Below, one piece after another: positions 39,301 to 48,033 of a DNA stretch of 64,000 nucleotides. This DNA is from Acidimicrobiaceae bacterium. GTDB taxonomy: Bacteria; Actinomycetota; Acidimicrobiia; Acidimicrobiales; RAAP-2. Each line of letters starts with the position of its first letter. Positions within the stretch are counted from its first letter, which is position 1. A program made the position numbers and the translations under genes. The stretch is taken from assembly GCA_003152215.1 (NCBI GenBank), contig PLZP01000107.1:75395-139394 (forward strand), in the 5' to 3' direction. The notes beneath the pieces were generated by a model, which was not told the DNA's origin, made no database searches, and saw nothing but the letters and a program-made list of their open reading frames with translations.

Positions 39301-39743
39301 AGTGCGATGCCGTCACGTGCGCGAAGACGTAGATGTCGACGCAACGCCTCGGTCTCCGAGGGCAGGATCAGGTCTCGCGAGTACTTGCGAATTCGCCTCG
39401 CCACCGTCTTGATCACCATCGATGGTGCGATACGCGAGTATGCGGCGAGAAGTTTCAGTCCGAAGGCGTTGACGCGACCAAAGCCTTCAACTGATGCCTT
39501 TGCGGCCGCTCGGCGATAGATGTTGATTGAGCGTCGAAGTGAGTGGATTCGCATAACTTCGTCGGTCAACGTGATGGTCACTTCAATCGCGGTGGGGTCC
39601 TTGAAGAGTCGTGAGAACCGACGTCGGCTCGCCACCTCTTCGCGCGTGCGCAGTTTGTCTGACTCGAGCAAGAGTGCGCGCACTCGCGCAACCGAACCTT
39701 CGGCCAATGGGTCGATGGTGGCGTCAGTGGGAAGTATCGGCAC
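36276..39743 (-). CDS. putA: bifunctional proline dehydrogenase / glutamate-semialdehyde dehydrogenase
   Basis: NLDMEEY, VRLVKGAN, YLVRRLDEN, PPWNFP, AETSGKN, AGQKCSA and QPFGG motifs. Confidence 0.94.
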   Translation of the reverse strand: MPILPTDATIDPLAEGSVARVRALLLESDKLRTREEVASRRRFSRLFKDPTAIEVTITLTDEVMRIHSLRRSINIYRRAAAKASVEGFGRVNAFGLKLLAAYSRIAPSMVIKTVARRIRKYSRDLILPSETEALRRHLRLRARDGIALNINVLGEAVLGDGEADERLERVLEMMRRPDINYVSVKLSSVVSQIITIDHEGSLERVAQRMRRLYREAKRHGAFVNLDMEEYRDLALTISAFKSVLSEEEFESFSAGVVLQAYLPESHATFADLVSWSTARFNRSGATIKVRLVKGANLAMETTEAELHGWSAAPYRSKAEVDASYARLIDVALRQEHAKAVRIGLASHNLFHLSWALDVAAARGVLDQIDVEMLEGMANAESLAIARTGQQVLLYAPVTRSDDFASAVAYLVRRLDENTSDENYLKAAFDIGSDEQRFCEQRDRFVASVTQRHLVSIESLRHGAPVTLDTTVFANVANYDTTLPRAFDDITRAFSIARSLPDELLPLVIDGEERISTEFEIGRDPGDEGVPWYRYCVADVHHIDDAVRSAGESRSSWSNLSIEERRQILFRCADVMESERIATTAVMARDAGKTQAEADPEVSEGIDFARFYSSSISDLTDSTPVGTVVVVPPWNFPYAIPSGGVFAALAAGNAVILKPAPETVATAWQLVRQLWSGGVPKNVLQFVPTRDDDAGQHLVTHDDVDAVILTGSFDTALMFSRWKPSINLLAETSGKNSILISACADIEMAVRDVVQSAFGHAGQKCSAASLVVVVRDVYEDPAFLRQLGDAVRSLRVGPGWELSTSVGPIIRRAEPALERALHQLEPGERWLVTPKQLDDAGLQWSPGVKLGVRPGSWSHQHEWFGPVLGVMVAPDFATAIEWQNRTDFGLTSGIQSLDESECEQWMQRVQAGNLYVNRGITGAVVNRQPFGGWRRSSVGPTAKAGGHSYTSCLREWSSLSDPMSAVDQARIWWEETGSQAIDRSGLTVEKNIQRYRHFAKPIVVRIDGTFSESELTLIDFILGASGVTLTYSAASPVDVFGDPTIETVEQLIARAGLISRVRWLSGEVAPTVDLLEQGVTVDRRPIAQRGDIEMPRWLLEQSVAITHHRYGNVNAGPKPHCPGLGEGLSVFQSQVFLAAVPNFGDHRGMLRRRHRR

Positions 39744-39748
39744 TGCGG

Positions 39749-39799
39749 TTACGGTGACCCGAACGACGCGTCGTTCTGGTTTGTGGACTCACTTGGCAT
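39749..39799 (-). other. 16-codon upstream ORF MPSESTNQNDASFGSP before putA
   Basis: GAGAGGG RBS before ATG; ends CCG-TAA 5 nt before the putA GTG. Confidence 0.4.
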
Positions 39800-39873
39800 C
39801 GTTGCCCTCTCGTCAAATCCACCGTAGACCCAGACCGCGCCCACCGAACTGGCGACAATCGTTTCCAATGGGT

Positions 39874-40944
39874 TCAACGGTTTCGCATGCGGGCGACCAC
39901 TTCGTCGACGACTTCGGAGGTTGACGCCGAACCGCCAAGGTCAAAGCAGCGAATGCCGTCCATCGCGGTCGTGAGGGTGGCGTGGCGAAGGGCTCTTGAG
40001 GCGTCGGCACTTTGGACGTCGCCGCGAATGCCGGCGTGCTCCAGAACGGCCGCACAGGCGAGGAGCATGGCCATGGGATTCGCGACGTTCTTACCTTCAA
40101 GAGACGGGGCGGTGCCGTGCGGTGCTTCGGCCATCGCGGCCGTTGGTTGGAGTTGCTCGTCCAGTGCCAAGAGCACCGACTCGGCACCAGCGATGGAACC
40201 GAACATCGCAAGCACCAGGTCACTGAGGCAGTCACCATCGCGGTTGAGCGTAGGAATGACGACTGCTTGATCCCACTGTTCAGTCATGAGACCCGCGTAA
40301 CTGGCGTCAATGAGCATCGGATGGTAGGGAACGTTGGGATGTCGGCTCGCCGCCGCATCCATCTCCTCTTTCAACATCCCTTCGTAGATTGCCGAGACGG
40401 TCCACTTCGGCCCGCCGTAGACGAGACCGCTCATTGAGGCCGCGGTGACGAACGCGAACTCTGCAACTGACTGGCAGGTGTTGCGGTCGATTCGTTCGGT
40501 GCGCCAGGCCGTTTCGTGCAGCGCCCCCGGTTCGCCATCGCGGCCCTCGGCCGCGCCATACGCGTCGCCCACGGCCATGCGAACAACGACCACGGGGTGC
40601 GACAGTGACACGATCGGTGCGACGCCCGGGATGCGCCGACCGGTACGCACGATCACCTTGCCGTCGATGCCCTCACGAAGAATTCGATTGGGAGAGCCGA
40701 CGCTCCCAATCTCGGTTGGTGTGATGGTCGCGGCCTTTAGACCGAGGCCCGTCTCGACGATCGCTGCCGCCGCGTCATGGACGATTCCATTGTTCGTCCG
40801 GCGCCGATTGTCCAACGACAGGTCAAATCGTACGAGGTCGACTTCGAAACCCAGCACGCTGGCGTCAAGAACGCGAAGGGCTTCGTTCAGCAGTTCTTGG
40901 CCGGTTTGGTCGCCCTCGCACACAACAATTACGTTCGTTTTCAT
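39874..40944 (-). CDS. isocitrate/isopropylmalate dehydrogenase-family protein (divergent)
   Basis: EGDQTGQE, GLKAATITP, SPNRILR, NRDGDCLSDL and EAPHGTAPSLEGKNVANPMAM motifs. Confidence 0.85.
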   Translation of the reverse strand: MKTNVIVVCEGDQTGQELLNEALRVLDASVLGFEVDLVRFDLSLDNRRRTNNGIVHDAAAAIVETGLGLKAATITPTEIGSVGSPNRILREGIDGKVIVRTGRRIPGVAPIVSLSHPVVVVRMAVGDAYGAAEGRDGEPGALHETAWRTERIDRNTCQSVAEFAFVTAASMSGLVYGGPKWTVSAIYEGMLKEEMDAAASRHPNVPYHPMLIDASYAGLMTEQWDQAVVIPTLNRDGDCLSDLVLAMFGSIAGAESVLLALDEQLQPTAAMAEAPHGTAPSLEGKNVANPMAMLLACAAVLEHAGIRGDVQSADASRALRHATLTTAMDGIRCFDLGGSASTSEVVDEVVARMRNR

Positions 40945-41022
40945 GACCTCACGTTACCGAACGCCCGCCTTCGCTCAATGGTGACGGTTCGCGAAAGGAA
41001 TGCCGGTTTCGAACGAGCGCTA

Positions 41023-41868
41023 CTACTCAGATTCTGGGAGCTCGGCGACGTCGAGTCCCTTGGGAGGAATCCAGATCGCCGCCGAACTGTCGCCAAACGC
41101 TGTGCAATCACCTTCGAAGTATTTGATGCCGACCCACGCGCATATGAGCGCGTCGAGGGCGTCCTCAAATCGTTTTAGGTGACTGGACGCGAATGTCTCG
41201 ATGGCGTCTTTCGCGGGCAGTGGTAAATCGATCTTCGCAATATCTTCGGAGAGCGCGTCGATGATTTTGCGCCAGTTTTTGACGATCCGGCGCCGGCGTT
41301 CTTCGGGGGTCTTCTCAGGCCAATATTCGTTGGCGCGACCAATCTTGTACTTATAGCGAAAGTCCTTCTTCAGGAGGTGCAGGAGCGCCGGATGGGGATA
41401 GACCTCGGCGAGTACGCGCTCAGTTCCCACTGCAGTTGACGTGGTCGCGACGGGGAATCCCAGTTCCTTGAATCGCTCCGTCAGATTGAGCCCGACTTCA
41501 CCGGGGCGATCGGGGCTGGGCGAAAGGGTACTGCACCCTTTCGAGCCGAACTTCTTCGAGACCTCGGTATCGGCAAATCTTCGCTTCACGATGAGGTCCA
41601 GAGCGACCGGCATGTCAACCGTCACGAGATCTACGGTTCTGCCCTCCAACAGAGTTTGCGCCGCACTGAGGAGGGCATCGACGTCAGGTGGCCCGGCAAC
41701 GGGCGCTTGCGTCCAGTCGACGGGCACGCCTTTCGCGAGTGCAACAAACTGACCGTAGCTTGGACTCAGAGCGACGCACCTCCAACGGTCTTTCGTCTGG
41801 TGGAGCAGCGCAACACCGCTTGGCTCGGTCGCCGTCCACGCCGGATCAAGGGCCAAGATGCTTTTCAT
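41023..41868 (-). CDS. DUF429 predicted RNase H-fold nuclease
   Basis: ILALDPAWT..PSGVA, VTVDMP, EVYPHPAL and EDALDALICAWVG motifs. Confidence 0.8.
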   Translation of the reverse strand: MKSILALDPAWTATEPSGVALLHQTKDRWRCVALSPSYGQFVALAKGVPVDWTQAPVAGPPDVDALLSAAQTLLEGRTVDLVTVDMPVALDLIVKRRFADTEVSKKFGSKGCSTLSPSPDRPGEVGLNLTERFKELGFPVATTSTAVGTERVLAEVYPHPALLHLLKKDFRYKYKIGRANEYWPEKTPEERRRRIVKNWRKIIDALSEDIAKIDLPLPAKDAIETFASSHLKRFEDALDALICAWVGIKYFEGDCTAFGDSSAAIWIPPKGLDVAELPESE

Positions 41869-42085
41869 CTTGCGCAGGTTATACCTTTCGACCCGGTCGA
41901 TACCGCGACGGTCCCTCACGGCCATGGCTGCGCGCGACACCATTTCGAGGCAATGACATTTATGCGAGAACCGTGTGCGGGACTACGCGAACGTCGGCAC
42001 GGCCCCACACCCGTTGTGGCTGCTCCAGTTCTGGAGTCCACTCCTGAACTCCTGCCCGCAATGTAGGTACGCAGTTTGAAGTACG

Positions 42086-42115
42086 CAATGCGGTCCGCTT
42101 CGCCGGACCGCATTG
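42086..42115 (-). terminator. terminator-like hairpin after the trans-sulfuration gene
   Basis: Perfect 12-bp stem CAATGCGGTCCG / CGGACCGCATTG. Confidence 0.6.
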
Positions 42116-42120
42116 TTGCG

Positions 42121-43221
42121 TCAGCTGAGCGCTTGGAGAAGATCGTTCCAGAGATCGTCGGGATGCTCGAGGCCCACGCTGACGCGAAGCAGACCGGGCG
42201 GCACGCCCTCCTCGCCCTCCCAACGGCCCCGTCGATCGATCGATGTCTCTACGCCGCCCAAACTCGTCGTCCCAACGATGAGGTGCAGTGACGCGACGAG
42301 TCGATCGGCCGTCGAGGCGTCAGCGACGTCGAACGAGAGCATGGCGCCGTAACCGGACATGTGCGCGGCTGCTCGCTCGTGACCGGGATCGGATAGGAGA
42401 CCGGGATAGCGAACACGCACAACGTTGGGATGCGTGGAGAGTCGATCGGCCAGTAGGGCCGCCGTGTGCTGCTGCTTGGCGAATCGAACGGGCAGCGTCC
42501 GTAGTCCGCGAAGTGCCAGATACGACTCCATCACACCGGGAATCGAACCTTCAATTGTGCGCCACGCGACGAGGTCATCGCGGCGGCCACCGTCCGCGAC
42601 GATGACCGCACCCAGCAAAAGATCGGAGTGACCGCCGATGTATTTCGTTGCGGAGTGCACTACTGCCGTCGCCCCTAGAGCGAGAGGTTGTTGGAGCAGC
42701 GGGGTCGCGAAGGTATTGTCGACGACCGAAACGACGCCAGCCTTTTTCGCGGCGCCAAGAATCTTGGGAAGGTCCGCAATTCCGAGCGTCGGATTGGTCG
42801 GTGACTCGAGCCACAACAGGTCGGTGTTTTCAAGCCCAGCGAGTACTTCGTCGGTATTCACCACATCGACGGTCCGTATGGTGAGCCGACCCTCTTTCGC
42901 CAATCGTTCCAGGAGACCGCGGGTTCCGGCGTAGCCATTACCCGGATATGTCACCGTCGTACCCAGTGGGAGGGGAGCGAGAAGTGCGGCGACGGCCGCC
43001 AGACCTGAAGAAAACGAAACACACTGTCCACCCTCGAGTTCGCCGAGCGCCGCTTCGAAGGCGGTCCACGTTGGATTGCCCCAACGTCCGTAGCCGTACT
43101 CGCCACCGTCTCGATAGGTGCTGGCAAATGTGGGAGGGACATTGATGGGCGCGCCGGGCGCTCGGTCTCGGCCCGCAACGATCGCGATCGTCTCCGCGTG
43201 CCATTTCTTCGCGTCAGTCAT
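42121..43221 (-). CDS. cystathionine gamma-synthase/lyase-family PLP enzyme
   Basis: YGRWGNPTW, ESPTNP, VDNTFATP, HSATKYIGGHSD and TSLGGVET motifs. Confidence 0.9.
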   Translation of the reverse strand: MTDAKKWHAETIAIVAGRDRAPGAPINVPPTFASTYRDGGEYGYGRWGNPTWTAFEAALGELEGGQCVSFSSGLAAVAALLAPLPLGTTVTYPGNGYAGTRGLLERLAKEGRLTIRTVDVVNTDEVLAGLENTDLLWLESPTNPTLGIADLPKILGAAKKAGVVSVVDNTFATPLLQQPLALGATAVVHSATKYIGGHSDLLLGAVIVADGGRRDDLVAWRTIEGSIPGVMESYLALRGLRTLPVRFAKQQHTAALLADRLSTHPNVVRVRYPGLLSDPGHERAAAHMSGYGAMLSFDVADASTADRLVASLHLIVGTTSLGGVETSIDRRGRWEGEEGVPPGLLRVSVGLEHPDDLWNDLLQALS

Positions 43222-43287
43222 CAAACCAGTATTGCGGACGATGAGGCGGAGTTTGAAAAATTCCTTCGCGTCCGTGAGACGATGAAG

Positions 43288-43323
43288 CCCGCGCCTTCGA
43301 GTTGTTCACTCGGAGGCGCGGGC
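43288..43323 (-). terminator. terminator-like hairpin after the PadR gene
   Basis: CCCGCGCCTTCGAGT / ACTCGGAGGCGCGGG stem. Confidence 0.6.
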
Positions 43324-43335
43324 CAGTTGGTACCT

Positions 43336-43947
43336 CTAGGACTCGTCTTCGGCGAGCAGGCGGTAGATCGACTTGCGAGCATCCGCAAGGATGGTCACAG
43401 CCTTTTTGGTCTGCGCATCCGATCCGGCCACAGTGACCTGGCGAACGGCACTCGCCACTTGGCGAAGTGTGCCGTACAGGTCTGAGGTGGCGTCGCTGAC
43501 TTCAGCGGCGGCCTCCTCCCAGGGCTTTCCCAGTGCGTCGCGTTCCGTCTCCACCAAGGTCTTGCCCTTGGCGGTCAGGTGGAACGTCTTGCCGGACTCC
43601 GTTGACGCAATCTCAACGAGACCTTCGTCCTCGAGTTGCTGAAGGATCGGGTACACCGATCCGGGGCTTGGGCGCCACGCTCCATTGGAGCGCTCGCTCA
43701 ACTCTTGGATGATTTGATAGCCGTTGCGAGGTGACTCTTCGAGCAAGACCAAGACGGCTGCTCGAACGTCGCCACGCATGCGACGACGTCCGCCACGGGG
43801 CGGGAATCCGCCTCGGAACATCTCGTCGCCACGACCAAAAGGTCCTCCGCGGTGTGCACCGGGGGTGCGTCCGCGTCCGCGTCCGCGAGGTCCACGCTCG
43901 CGCTGCGAGCGCTCTTCGTGGTTGTGTTCATGGAATTCGTGATTCAT
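43336..43947 (-). CDS. PadR-family regulator with Gly/Arg/His-rich N-terminus
   Basis: RGDVRAAVLVLLEESPRNGYQIIQEL..WRPSPGSVYPILQQLEDEGL..ARKSIYRLLAED. Confidence 0.9.
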   Translation of the reverse strand: MNHEFHEHNHEERSQRERGPRGRGRGRTPGAHRGGPFGRGDEMFRGGFPPRGGRRRMRGDVRAAVLVLLEESPRNGYQIIQELSERSNGAWRPSPGSVYPILQQLEDEGLVEIASTESGKTFHLTAKGKTLVETERDALGKPWEEAAAEVSDATSDLYGTLRQVASAVRQVTVAGSDAQTKKAVTILADARKSIYRLLAEDES

Positions 43948-43978
43948 AGTTTTCTCCTACGTTGTAATTTCGAATATA

Positions 43979-44007
43979 ACGATATATCGGAATAGGACGT
44001 TTGTCAA
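43979..44007 (-). promoter_or_regulatory. sigma70-type promoter TTGACA-17-TATCGT overlapped by palindrome CGATATATCG
   Basis: Direct reading of the minus strand; palindrome at 43980-43989. Confidence 0.65.
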
Positions 44008-44055
44008 GGGGTAATATCCAAATCTTGGAAGCCCAATGAAATAAGCCCTTTGGAC

Positions 44056-44075
44056 TGTACTAGTGTACTAGTACA
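44056..44075 (+). promoter_or_regulatory. YtrA-type operator TGTACTAG-n4-CTAGTACA
   Basis: Perfect 8-bp inverted repeat ending at the start codon of the YtrA-like gene. Confidence 0.8.
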
Positions 44076-44482
44076 TGGCATCGAACGACCCAACCATCCG
44101 ATTCCGGCTCGATCCTCGCAGTGGCGTGTCGCCCTATCGCCAACTCGTCGATCAAGTGCGAGAGGCGCTCGTGGCTGGTCGGCTCCAGCCGGGAGATCAG
44201 CTGCCGGCGGTGCGAGAAGTGGTGACGCAGATAACGATCAATCCCAACACTGTGCATCGTGCCTACCGAGAACTCGAATACCTCGGTCTCACCATTCCCC
44301 AGCGCGGCTTGGGGACATTCATCGCTGCGGGCGCGGTTGACGAGGCCGGCGATGATCAGTCGAATGCCGCGAAGCGTCTTCGGTTATTGATCGATCAGAT
44401 GCGCGCGCAAGGCGCCAGCGACGATGAGATTCGCGCATTGGTGAGTAATCGTCTCGAATCGGAAATTGACGCTGACTCGTGA
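44075..44482 (+). CDS. GntR-family regulator, YtrA subfamily
   Basis: PYRQLVDQV..LQPGDQLPAVRE..INPNTVHRAYRELE..RGLGTFI; short C-terminus. Confidence 0.9.
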   Translation: MASNDPTIRFRLDPRSGVSPYRQLVDQVREALVAGRLQPGDQLPAVREVVTQITINPNTVHRAYRELEYLGLTIPQRGLGTFIAAGAVDEAGDDQSNAAKRLRLLIDQMRAQGASDDEIRALVSNRLESEIDADS

Positions 44483-45396
44483 CAGAAGCTCCGGCAGTCC
44501 TCGAGGCGGCAGGCCTCGGACGACGGTACCGTCGAACGTGGGCCCTGTCCGACTGCACGCTTTCTATTCCACAAGGTCGGGTCGTCGCACTCGTTGGTCC
44601 CAACGGCGCCGGAAAGTCGACCCTACTGAGAATCGCCGCCGGCCTCACTCCGCCAACGACGGGCTCACTCAGTCTCTTCGGGACTAATGCGCTGAATCCG
44701 ACGCCGAGTCTCAAGAGTCGAGTGGGTTTTCTCGATCAAGAACGACCGCTGTACAGTTCGTTTCGCGTTTCTGAGATTCTGCACTTTGGGCAGAGCTCCA
44801 ATCCTTCGTGGAACATGACCGTCGCGCACGAGCATCTCGACCGGTTGAACATCTCGTTGCGCAGTCGAGTGTCGAAACTCTCCGGCGGTCAACAGGCGCA
44901 GGTCGCGCTCACTGTCTGTTTGGCCAAGGAGCCCGAACTTCTCTTGCTGGACGAACCGGCCGCGGCTCTCGACCCCGTGGCCCGCGAAGACTTATTGCGT
45001 CTGCTCATGCGCCAAGTAGCCGATAGCGGATCAAGTGTCATTCTCTCAACGCATTCGTTGAGTGACGTCGCCGCGATCTGCGACTACGTGGTCGTGCTTG
45101 CGCGCTCACGCGTGGTGCTCGCGGACGACATTGAGTTCGTGTTGGAGTCACATCGATTGATCTCTTCTCTTCGCGGAGATGCGACAGTACTGCCCGACGG
45201 TGCGATTGCCGTTGACGAACGAAATAGTGCTCGCCAAACTGCTGCACTCGTACGCGTCGAGTTGCCCCTGAATGAGACAGGGTGGAAGATTGAGCAGCCC
45301 ACCCTCGAAGAAATCGTGATGGCGTATCTTCGCGCCGGTATTGCATCGCCACTTGAAAGCGACGAGGTCCGATTTGAAAACCGGGAACGGACATGA
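44479..45396 (+). CDS. ABC-2-type ATP-binding protein
   Basis: GPNGAGKSTLL, LSGGQQAQVAL and LDEPAAALDP motifs. Confidence 0.9.
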   Translation: MTEAPAVLEAAGLGRRYRRTWALSDCTLSIPQGRVVALVGPNGAGKSTLLRIAAGLTPPTTGSLSLFGTNALNPTPSLKSRVGFLDQERPLYSSFRVSEILHFGQSSNPSWNMTVAHEHLDRLNISLRSRVSKLSGGQQAQVALTVCLAKEPELLLLDEPAAALDPVAREDLLRLLMRQVADSGSSVILSTHSLSDVAAICDYVVVLARSRVVLADDIEFVLESHRLISSLRGDATVLPDGAIAVDERNSARQTAALVRVELPLNETGWKIEQPTLEEIVMAYLRAGIASPLESDEVRFENRERT

Positions 45397-46409
45397 CGTG
45401 GACCGCGTGGCGTCGTGCGCGAAGTGTTGTCTTTGCCATGGCGGTCGTCATTGTCGCGGTCGTCGCTGTGTTGCTTCTCATGGGCGTCCATCAGCAACTC
45501 GTGTGGAGCGAGTATCTGCGTCGGCCGTGCAGGGGAGGTTTTCCAACTGGGCACCTTGACTACTGCGAACGTGCCGTCGCCCAGGTTTCTAATGCTTCGC
45601 GGTACAACACCTTAATCGTTTTCGTAGTGATTGCTCTTGGTCCATTATTTGGCGTTGTGCTTGGGGTAATCGCTGTGGCTCAAGAAATTGAGCGCCGCAC
45701 TGTTCGACTCTCATGGACGCAATCGCAGTCGAGACAGAAGTGGTTGGCGAGCAGTTTTCTCGTGAACATTGCGACACTCGTGGTTCTCTTCGTACCTCTG
45801 TGTTTGGTCGCGACCTGGTGGAATCGTGTAGCGCATTATGCGCCGAGAATTCGATTGAATGGATTTCCAATCACCGGATTCTCGATTCTCTTCATGTCGA
45901 TCTTCGCCTTCGTTTTGGTCGGCACCGTGGGTATGTTCGTGCGAAAATCAGGCTGGACGTTCGCTGTGGGATTCGTGGTCGCCATCGCGTGTATCTACGC
46001 CGTCGAGTACTACGTACGTCCGGACCTCGCGCCCACAACATTCGTGAAAGTCGGCACCTCGTCAGTCGAGCTCGGTTCGGCGAGTGGCTTTTACGGCTCT
46101 AATGGCGTTCCCCCAAATGCCTGGGAGAAGAGCAATGGGATTGCACTCGTTGGTTCTAGAAGCGCTCCCAGCGCAGCAACTATGAATACGCTCTCGCGAA
46201 GACTGAGCGACTGCTACGCGAGTCCAATGGGAAAAGAAAAGAATGGCGATAACGACTGCATACATAAGACCAACATTGAATTCTTCGCCTTGTACGTACC
46301 GGATAGCGAATACTGGACCGTTCAACTACGCGAAGGATCGATCTACGCCGGCATCACCCTTCTACTTGCGGGAGCCGGCTTCCTTACCGTGCGACGGATG
46401 CTCGCGTAA
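45393..46409 (+). CDS. ABC-2-type permease with extracytoplasmic loops
   Basis: MTWTAWRR, AQEIERRTVRLSWTQSQSRQKW, about 6 TM segments, YWTVQLRE. Confidence 0.8.
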   Translation: MTWTAWRRARSVVFAMAVVIVAVVAVLLLMGVHQQLVWSEYLRRPCRGGFPTGHLDYCERAVAQVSNASRYNTLIVFVVIALGPLFGVVLGVIAVAQEIERRTVRLSWTQSQSRQKWLASSFLVNIATLVVLFVPLCLVATWWNRVAHYAPRIRLNGFPITGFSILFMSIFAFVLVGTVGMFVRKSGWTFAVGFVVAIACIYAVEYYVRPDLAPTTFVKVGTSSVELGSASGFYGSNGVPPNAWEKSNGIALVGSRSAPSAATMNTLSRRLSDCYASPMGKEKNGDNDCIHKTNIEFFALYVPDSEYWTVQLREGSIYAGITLLLAGAGFLTVRRMLA

Positions 46410-46464
46410 CTTGCAAGCGCGAGTCCGGTGGAACCGACTCTCCAATGCCGATCGGGGCGATCGC

Positions 46465-46527
46465 TGACTTATGCACTTCTCCGGCGATGCGCTTGATCGA
46501 ATGGAGTCGGGCGTCCCACTGAGACAC
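46465..46527 (-). pseudogene. possible C-terminal remnant of an ArsR-family regulator
   Basis: VSQWDARLHSIKRIAGEVHK resembles the WDxRLxxIKRIAE tail of actinobacterial ArsR proteins. Confidence 0.3.
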
Positions 46528-46591
46528 ACTAATTTTGCAGACTTTACGGGAGCTGAATCCTGGAAGGATACGTCGCCGCCGCGCTCGCGTC

Positions 46592-48007
46592 CTATATCGT
46601 TCGCGCGGGGCAGTGTCGTGGCCACGGGCGCGCCGTTTCAAATCGGCACGCGGATGCCAGCAGCAGGTCTTCGCGGAACCGCGGTCCAATGACCTGGAGT
46701 CCAACCGGGACATTTGACGCCGTGAGGCCGGCCGGGACGCTCAGCGCCGGAAGGTTGACAAGGTTGGCGAGCATGGCCAGTACGACGGACATGCCGGCGT
46801 GCACCTCCACGCCATTGATGTCGCTCGGCATCGGACCTTCCGCAGCGAACGGAGGGGTCGATGAGGTTGGCGTGAGGATGAGATCGACGTCATCGAAAAT
46901 GGCGGCCACCTCATTGACCAATGTGCGTCGGTCGAATTCAATGGACGCGAGCCAGGGCAGTGTCTTGGTGCTCAGATACGTCCACCCCGACGCCGAGCGC
47001 GGGTCGAGTTCGTCACGACGGTTCTCCCACAGATCACGCTCTACGCCTACGAATTTGTCAGCGCCTTCTATGGCGGCATAGGTGCGGACGTAGTCCTTCA
47101 GAACGATTGGTCGATCCACCAGCGTTGCGCCCAACGCGGCCGCAAAAGCCAGTGCGGCCTCTTCACAGAGGTGAGCGACGTCGGGATCGAGGACGGCGAA
47201 ACCGAGGTCACGTGACCACGCAATGCGAAGAGTGGAGAGATCGGTGTTCTCGAGAGCGTCGACGTAACTCGTTGTCGGGGTTGGTAAACAGGTTCGATCT
47301 CGACTGTCCGGTCCGGCCATGACATCGAGGAGCAACGCCGTGTCGCCAATCGTGGTCGTTAGTGAGCCGACGACGGAGTTCTGGGCCAGGTGCGTATCGC
47401 CCAGCGTGGGGATCCGTCCGTACGAGTTCTTCAAGCCGACGAGTCCCGTAAAGCTGGCTGGCGTGCGAATCGAACCTCCGCCGTCACTCGCGGTGGCGAA
47501 GGGGACCATTGCACTCGAGACCGCTGCGCTCGAGCCACCACTCGAGCCGCCGGGCGTGCGTTCGAGGTCCCAAGGATTGCGAGTGACGCCAAGTAGTGGA
47601 CTGGCGGTGTACGCCCACGCACCAAACTCCGGCGTCGCAGTCTTTCCGATTGGGATGGCGCCCGCGTTGCGAAGCCGTCCCACGTGAATGGCGTCAGCCG
47701 TTTTCGCCGGACCATTCGCGAACCATCGTGACCCACGACTCGTGGGCATGCCGGCGCAGTCGTCGAGGTCCTTCACGCCAAAGGGCACGCCGGCGAGTGG
47801 GCCCAGGTCGTCGAGCCGGTGTTCGCGCACGGCGGCGTCGACGACAGCAGCCTCGGCCAACGCGCCTTTGTCGTCAATGAACACAAAGGCGTTGAGGGCG
47901 GGGTTGTGGCGCTCGATGGCGTCGAGGCTCTCGCGCACGAGTTCCGTTGCGGAGAGGTCACCGGAGCGCACCATCCGTGCAGCGTCAACGACTGAAGGCA
48001 TTTCCAT
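46592..48007 (-). CDS. amidase-signature-family enzyme
   Basis: GVPFGVKD, GKTATPEFG, TPGGSSGGS and SDGGGSIRTPA motifs. Confidence 0.92.
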   Translation of the reverse strand: MEMPSVVDAARMVRSGDLSATELVRESLDAIERHNPALNAFVFIDDKGALAEAAVVDAAVREHRLDDLGPLAGVPFGVKDLDDCAGMPTSRGSRWFANGPAKTADAIHVGRLRNAGAIPIGKTATPEFGAWAYTASPLLGVTRNPWDLERTPGGSSGGSSAAVSSAMVPFATASDGGGSIRTPASFTGLVGLKNSYGRIPTLGDTHLAQNSVVGSLTTTIGDTALLLDVMAGPDSRDRTCLPTPTTSYVDALENTDLSTLRIAWSRDLGFAVLDPDVAHLCEEAALAFAAALGATLVDRPIVLKDYVRTYAAIEGADKFVGVERDLWENRRDELDPRSASGWTYLSTKTLPWLASIEFDRRTLVNEVAAIFDDVDLILTPTSSTPPFAAEGPMPSDINGVEVHAGMSVVLAMLANLVNLPALSVPAGLTASNVPVGLQVIGPRFREDLLLASACRFETARPWPRHCPARTI

Positions 48008-48033
48008 TCAATCGTCCTATCAGTTCCGCGCCG

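Noticed and set aside
43222-43335. Possible SAM riboswitch upstream of the trans-sulfuration gene
   Set aside because: No SAM-I/IV core motifs; the region holds a terminator hairpin and a probable leaderless -10
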